The notes below the pieces were generated by a model. The model ran no database searches, was not told the DNA's origin, and worked only from the letters and a program-made list of their open reading frames with translations. Shown here in pieces: positions 59,600-64,000 of a stretch of 64,000 nt of DNA; positions within the stretch are counted from its first letter, which is position 1, and the number at the start of each line of letters is the position of its first letter. The DNA comes from an uncultured Acidobacteriota bacterium (lineage in GTDB: Bacteria; Acidobacteriota; UBA6911; RPQK01; JAPXNP01): positions 96,001-160,000 of the forward strand of contig CAVZRV010000013.1 of the NCBI GenBank assembly GCA_963777605.1, written 5' to 3'. The translations under genes were made by a program, and so were the position numbers.

Positions 59600-60145
59600 T
59601 CAGTCTGGGACTTTGAGCGTCTCCTGATTCTCGGCCACAAAACCACCCGGGCTCCAGTGATAGGTCGTCCGAACGAACTGGGTGGCGCAGCAGTCTCCAT
59701 TGCTCCCCTCCGGCGAGTTGAGATCCACTACCAACTTCCCGTTCTTGACTCGAATACCTCTCAGGCCTCCATCCGCCCGGTCGCCGGTATTGAAATACCA
59801 AAGCGGATCCCGCTTTCCGTCGTGGAGGCTGTAGATGTAAACCAGTTGAGGAGCCGCCGAGCCCCCTGTCGTGATGTCCATTGTCAGCACGGCTTCATCA
59901 TCCCCATCACCAGTCAGATCACCGTATATGACGGCCTTCAGAGTGACCGGCATGTTCGAAAGGGATCCATCCGCACGCCGCTCAATGGGGATGGTTCCGT
60001 CGGTCAAGGTGAAGGTTCTGACCGGGGAATTTGGAATCATCAATCCCTCAGTCCAAGGGTAGGTGCAGTTCTCCCAATCGACGGAATGGATGTCCGCTAT
60101 CGCTGTCGCGCCCAGAAGCCAGATCGCCAAGAAAAGGAACTTCAT
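59600..60145 (-). CDS. Secreted hypothetical protein
   Basis: GGAGG RBS; signal peptide; IHSVDWENCTYP, YGDLTGDGDDEA, TGGSA, GDRADGGL and CCAT. Confidence 0.7.
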   Translation of the reverse strand: MKFLFLAIWLLGATAIADIHSVDWENCTYPWTEGLMIPNSPVRTFTLTDGTIPIERRADGSLSNMPVTLKAVIYGDLTGDGDDEAVLTMDITTGGSAAPQLVYIYSLHDGKRDPLWYFNTGDRADGGLRGIRVKNGKLVVDLNSPEGSNGDCCATQFVRTTYHWSPGGFVAENQETLKVPD

Positions 60146-60158
60146 CGAAGCCTCCACC

Positions 60159-60413
60159 TCACTGTAAGCGATCCACCTCCAATAATTCTATGCCCCTGCG
60201 ATACTCCCGGATCCATTCATCAAGGTGGATGGGACGCTTCCCGCAGCACTTGGTGATGGCCTCTTCGATCTCCGTTGGCTCGAGGCGGGTATCTCCTTGT
60301 TTGAAAGCCTCGAGGATGAACTTCTGGAACTTGCGCTGGTGGAGTGGATGGGGCATGGCCCAGTCGACGGTGCGGGCAAAGGCTTCGAGCTTCTGAAGCG
60401 TGGCCGGGTGCAT
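60159..60413 (-). CDS. Small hypothetical protein
   Basis: Plausible helical ORF ending 1 bp before the ORF containing the next gene. Confidence 0.45.
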   Translation of the reverse strand: MHPATLQKLEAFARTVDWAMPHPLHQRKFQKFILEAFKQGDTRLEPTEIEEAITKCCGKRPIHLDEWIREYRRGIELLEVDRLQ

Positions 60414-60505
60414 GGTTGACAATATACACCTTTTCTTCACCTATGTGAACCGCCTCTTTCTGCATTGACTCGCCTTCGTGGCAGCGGTAGCCTCAACCAG
60501 TAGTC

Positions 60506-60735
60506 ATGCCTGTAAAACGCCTGTTTGCACTTCTCTTCCTGTTGTCCTGCCTGTGTGCGAGTGCGTTCGCCCAAAGGCCTGTGGAGCTGGAGATATTTCT
60601 GACATCGGTTCAACCGACGCAATGCAAAGATGTCCGCGAAGTGGACTTTCGAAATCGGGTTTATGCCATCCATGACTTCGGCATGGGCTTCGTGGAGCTG
60701 AAGGACGGAAAGTGGGAGTTCAGCCCTCATACGAT
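60506..60735 (+). pseudogene. Truncated secreted protein related to 59600-60145
   Basis: Signal peptide plus VREVDFRN...VELKDG parallels IHSVDWEN...FTLTDG; runs into the resolvase fragment. Confidence 0.4.
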
Positions 60736-60754
60736 CACTCCTCCTCTGGCCAGT

Positions 60755-60932
60755 TCACCCGGAGATGGTGCTTTTGGAGACGCCGAGCCTCTCGGCAATC
60801 GCGCGGATCGAGTGACCTTCCTCCCGGAGTTTGAGGACCACCTTGGGCTTGATACCTGAGCTGGGACGGCCGAGACGCTTGCCCTGACTCTTGGCCCGCT
60901 CAAGGCCCATCACGACCCGTTCCCGGATCAGG
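60755..60932 (-). pseudogene. C-terminal fragment of a serine resolvase/invertase
   Basis: LIRERVVMGLERAKSQGKRLGRP followed by HTH SIRAIAERLGVSKSTI. Confidence 0.8.
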
Positions 60933-61016
60933 GATGTATTTCCGGTGGCCAAATTCGTCGGTGCAGACGGCGTAGTAGTAACCGGTGCTCTTGCGGAGGT
61001 AAATGTCGGCACTCAC
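60933..61016 (-). pseudogene. Putative N-terminal stub of an integrase
   Basis: GTG-SADIYLRKSTGYYYAVCTDEFGHRKYI, 85 bp after the tRNA 3' end; resembles tyrosine-integrase arm-binding N-termini. Confidence 0.45.
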
Positions 61017-61100
61017 AGCCAAAATCGTAGCTCTCGGCAACGATTTTGCAACTATTTGATTGTTTGGCTGTAAGTTGTGGATTTTGAATGAGTAAAGATA

Positions 61101-61190
<90 letters not shown>

Positions 61191-61223
61191 ACAACCGTCA
61201 TATACATCCCCGCATCCGGGATA

Positions 61224-61316
61224 CGGAGGAGGTGGGATTCGAACCCACGTGCCAAGCTCATCACCTGACAACCCGATTTCGAGTCGGGCCCGTTACGACC
61301 ACTTCGGTACTCCTCC
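61224..61316 (-). tRNA. tRNA-Ser(CGA)
   Basis: GGAGGAG acceptor, CCCGA-CTCGAAA-TCGGG anticodon arm, long variable arm, GGTTCGAATCC; CCA not encoded. Confidence 0.95.
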
Positions 61317-61542
61317 GCACTCAGCCTGGAAGCATAGCATTAAAGCCTTCTGACGGGGCCAAGTCAAGCGGGCCGGGGGATTGGGAGCACTGGAAGAAAG
61401 GGATGAAGGTGAGGGACTCGAAGTCTTCAGGAATGGGACAATTTGACGAGCGCTGCATATCCAGGGCGCCCACGTTCCTCCAAATCCGAAACCTTCCAAC
61501 CCCGGGCAAATCTGGTATAGTCTCCACTGGTTTATTTCTTGT

Positions 61543-61645
61543 CAGGTTTCGGGCCCTGTGCAACGGTCCCCCCGAACCATGTCAGGTCCGGAAGGAAGCA
61601 GCATTAAGGGGACCCGATCGTGTGCCGCAGGTAACCCGAAGCCTG
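61543..61645 (+). ncRNA. ffs: Signal recognition particle RNA (4.5S)
   Basis: GTCAGGTCCGGAAGGAAGCAGC helix-8 motif, terminal stem CAGGTTTCGGG/CCCGAAGCCTG, located directly upstream of dnaX. Confidence 0.95.
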
Positions 61646-61694
61646 TCCTTCATGACTCTTCTCGGGTTCGGGCTGAAGTCGGTACCAGATCAGC

Positions 61695-63425
61695 ATGAGT
61701 TATCAAGTCATTGCCCGAAAATGGCGTCCCCAGAGTTTCGATGAGACGGTGGGGCAGGAGACCGTCACTCGCACCCTCCGGAATGCGCTCTCGACCGGCC
61801 GGATCGCCCACGCTTTTCTGTTTTCCGGAGTCCGCGGAGTAGGCAAGACCACGACCGCCCGAATCCTGGCCAAGGCGCTCAACTGCCATCGGGGGATCGG
61901 TGACCAGCCCTGCAACGAGTGCCCGTCCTGCCTCGAGATCACGGCCGGAAACTCGGTTGACGTGCACGAGATAGACGCAGCGTCCAACCGCGGAATCGAC
62001 AGTATCCGGGAGCTTCGTGAAGGGGTCCGCTACGGAACCGCTCGAGACCGTTTCAAGATTTACATCGTGGACGAGGTCCACATGCTGACTAACGAGGCGT
62101 TCAACGCCCTCCTGAAGACCCTGGAAGAGCCCCCCTCTCACGTCAAGTTCATCCTTGCTACCACCGAGTTTCACAAGATTCCGGCGACGATTACATCACG
62201 GTGCCAGAAGTACGATTTCAAGCCGATCCCCTTTAAGGCGATTCAGGAGCGGATCAGGCTGATTTGTGAGTCTGAAGCGGTCAAAGCCAGTGAGTACGTG
62301 ATCGGAGTGGTTGCCGGCCTGGGCCAGGGGAGCATGCGGGACGCCCAGTCAGCTCTCGACCAGTTGATCGCATTTGGAGGCAAGGAGCTTCGAGACGAGG
62401 ATGTCAAAGCCCTGCTGGGTGTCGTCGATCAGAGTGTTGTGGCCAACCTGATCGATGCGGTTCGCCTGAGCGATCGTTCCCGCCTGATTCAGGGAATCCA
62501 GGAACTTGCCGAATCGGGTATTTCACCGTCGATTGTCTGCACAAAGGTGATCGAACGGGTCCGCTGCCTTCTGGTCTGCAAGGTTGCCGGTTGGGATCCG
62601 GTCCTGCTCCAGCTTCCGGACAGCGAGCGGGAAAGCCTCCTTGAGCAGTCGGAGGGTTTTTCGGAGTTGGACCTGATCCGGTTCTACGATGTTCTGAATC
62701 GGACGCTCTCCGATCTCCGCTATCACTCCCAGCCGAGTGTCCACCTCGAAATCGCACTTCTGAAACTGGTTGAGGTGGGGCAACTGAGCCGCATCGAAGA
62801 CGTCCTGCGAGAGATCCGTTCGGGTGGAGGCGGGAGCCGGGATACTTCCTCCTCACCGGGCCGGCGAGCCAGGTTTGAATCTCCGCGTCCCTCGATTGCC
62901 GGAAGACGACAGCGTGACACTTCAGCGTCCGCCGTCGATACGGCCCGCCTCACCACGCCGGAGACGCGACCGGAGTCGAGTCCTTCCGCAACTCGTCCCG
63001 TCGAGAAGGTGTCGCCAGCCCCAAATCGCGAGCGGGAGGGGGATGATGCACCGGCCGGCGGGAGTGCGCCGTCCATGAACCTCGGGAACGGTCCGCTCAC
63101 GGTTCGTACCCTGATGGGGGGATTGAAGGATCGCTTCAACTCGCTCTACGCTCAGCTTCAGACTGCGTCCGACATCCTCTATTCGGACGGCCGGCTGATG
63201 GTTCGATTTCCGGCCGGGGACCAAATCCATGCGTCGATGCTGGATCGCGGACGGCTGTCGGCAGCTTTTGCTAGTATTCTCGGTTCGAAACCCGAGGTTG
63301 ACGTGGAGGTTGACGAAAACTCGGATGTGGAGGAGCCGGCCAAGGCTCCGACCGAGGATCCGAGGGTCCGGTCCTTTATCGACAAATTCCCGGGTAAAGT
63401 AGTAATTCGCAAACTGGAAGGCTAA
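61695..63425 (+). CDS. dnaX: DNA polymerase III subunit gamma/tau
   Basis: MSYQVIARKWRPQSF, GVRGVGKTT, EIDAASNRG, DEVHML, NALLKTLEEPP and SRC. Confidence 0.97.
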   Translation: MSYQVIARKWRPQSFDETVGQETVTRTLRNALSTGRIAHAFLFSGVRGVGKTTTARILAKALNCHRGIGDQPCNECPSCLEITAGNSVDVHEIDAASNRGIDSIRELREGVRYGTARDRFKIYIVDEVHMLTNEAFNALLKTLEEPPSHVKFILATTEFHKIPATITSRCQKYDFKPIPFKAIQERIRLICESEAVKASEYVIGVVAGLGQGSMRDAQSALDQLIAFGGKELRDEDVKALLGVVDQSVVANLIDAVRLSDRSRLIQGIQELAESGISPSIVCTKVIERVRCLLVCKVAGWDPVLLQLPDSERESLLEQSEGFSELDLIRFYDVLNRTLSDLRYHSQPSVHLEIALLKLVEVGQLSRIEDVLREIRSGGGGSRDTSSSPGRRARFESPRPSIAGRRQRDTSASAVDTARLTTPETRPESSPSATRPVEKVSPAPNREREGDDAPAGGSAPSMNLGNGPLTVRTLMGGLKDRFNSLYAQLQTASDILYSDGRLMVRFPAGDQIHASMLDRGRLSAAFASILGSKPEVDVEVDENSDVEEPAKAPTEDPRVRSFIDKFPGKVVIRKLEG

Positions 63426-63452
63426 CAGTCCGCCAGGGGGAGTAGTTTTTTC

Positions 63453-63755
63453 ATGAATCCGAAACAAATGCAGAAGATGCTGCGCCAGGCCCAGGAGATG
63501 CAGCAGCGTATGGAAGAAGAGATGGGCCAGATGGCAGTCGAAGGTTCGAGCGGCGGGGGGATGGTAACCGTCGTTATCGACGGCAAGAAGAATCTGAAGT
63601 CCGTGACGATCAAACCTGAGGCGGTCGATCCCGACGACGTGGAGATGCTGCAGGACATGATCGTGGCCGCCGTTCAGGACGCGAGCCGCAAGGCGGACGA
63701 GAGTCTCAGTTCCCAGTTGGGCGGCCTGACCGGTGGCCTGATGGGCGGCATGTAA
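63453..63755 (+). CDS. ybaB: YbaB/EbfC nucleoid-associated protein
   Basis: QAQEMQ, GSSGGGMVTV and DPDDVEMLQDMIVAA; between dnaX and recR. Confidence 0.93.
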   Translation: MNPKQMQKMLRQAQEMQQRMEEEMGQMAVEGSSGGGMVTVVIDGKKNLKSVTIKPEAVDPDDVEMLQDMIVAAVQDASRKADESLSSQLGGLTGGLMGGM

Positions 63756-63788
63756 CGTCGTTCAGAAGCGGCGGATTGGAGAACTGAC

Positions 63789-64000
63789 TTGTCGGACAAA
63801 GACCCGATTCAGACCCTGGTCGATGAGTTTCGCAAGTTGCCGGGCATCGGTCCGAAATCTGCGCAGCGAATCGTATTTCACCTGCTCAAACGCCCCGACG
63901 ACACCTCGAGAGCCTTGGCTGAGGCGATCATCAACCTGAAGGCGCGATTGTGCCTGTGCAGCGTCTGCAACAACATTTCCGATGTGGATCCCTGCCGGTA
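63789..64000 (+). CDS. recR: Recombination protein RecR, 3' partial
   Basis: TTG start; DPIQTLVDEFRKLPGIGPKSAQRIVFHLL...CSVCNN...DPC. Confidence 0.95.
   Translation, partial: MSDKDPIQTLVDEFRKLPGIGPKSAQRIVFHLLKRPDDTSRALAEAIINLKARLCLCSVCNNISDVDPCR

Noticed and set aside
61224-61316. Long-variable-arm tRNA as tRNA-Sec
   Set aside because: The anticodon is CGA with a normal 7-bp acceptor stem, so it is tRNA-Ser; selC must lie elsewhere if present.
61695-63425. Programmed frameshift or slippage site in dnaX
   Set aside because: I saw no A6G heptamer or long A/T run in the coding sequence.

Overview
A GC-rich bacterial window, most likely Acidobacteriota (inferred from gene content and style only). 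Many otherwise normal genes carry single-base frameshifts, which suggests long-read consensus errors. Bases 1-43.3 kb are chromosomal backbone: hydrolases (amidase, GH20, M29 and tricorn proteases), transporters, sugar/nucleotide enzymes, secreted proteins and intergenic heptamer/REP-like repeats. Two unusual genes lie in this part. One is a secreted protein (9677-10453, minus) interrupted by an in-frame UGA in a U-G-C-P motif and followed by a bacterial SECIS-like hairpin, so a candidate selenoprotein. The other is a small exported protein with two 6-Cys metal-binding repeats. Bases ~43.4-61.1 kb are an accessory region. It starts with a DUF4258/YgiT toxin-antitoxin pair and a BrxL (BREX) remnant. 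Next comes an ADP-ribose-processing cluster: Macro and VWA fragments, a eukaryotic-type PARG, a degenerate ADP-ribosylglycohydrolase and an ARPP-1/DUF6569 gene. The cluster is associated with an RtcR-like CARF-sigma54 activator, a clean -24/-12 promoter, tandem enhancer-like repeats and a highly structured ~83-nt RNA. A decayed ~7-kb island follows, bounded by a 19-bp duplication of the tRNA-Ser(GGA) 3' end. The window ends with tRNA-Ser(GGA), tRNA-Ser(CGA), ffs (SRP RNA), dnaX, ybaB and the start of recR. No CRISPR array or rRNA was seen. All family calls are from motif recognition, not database searches.
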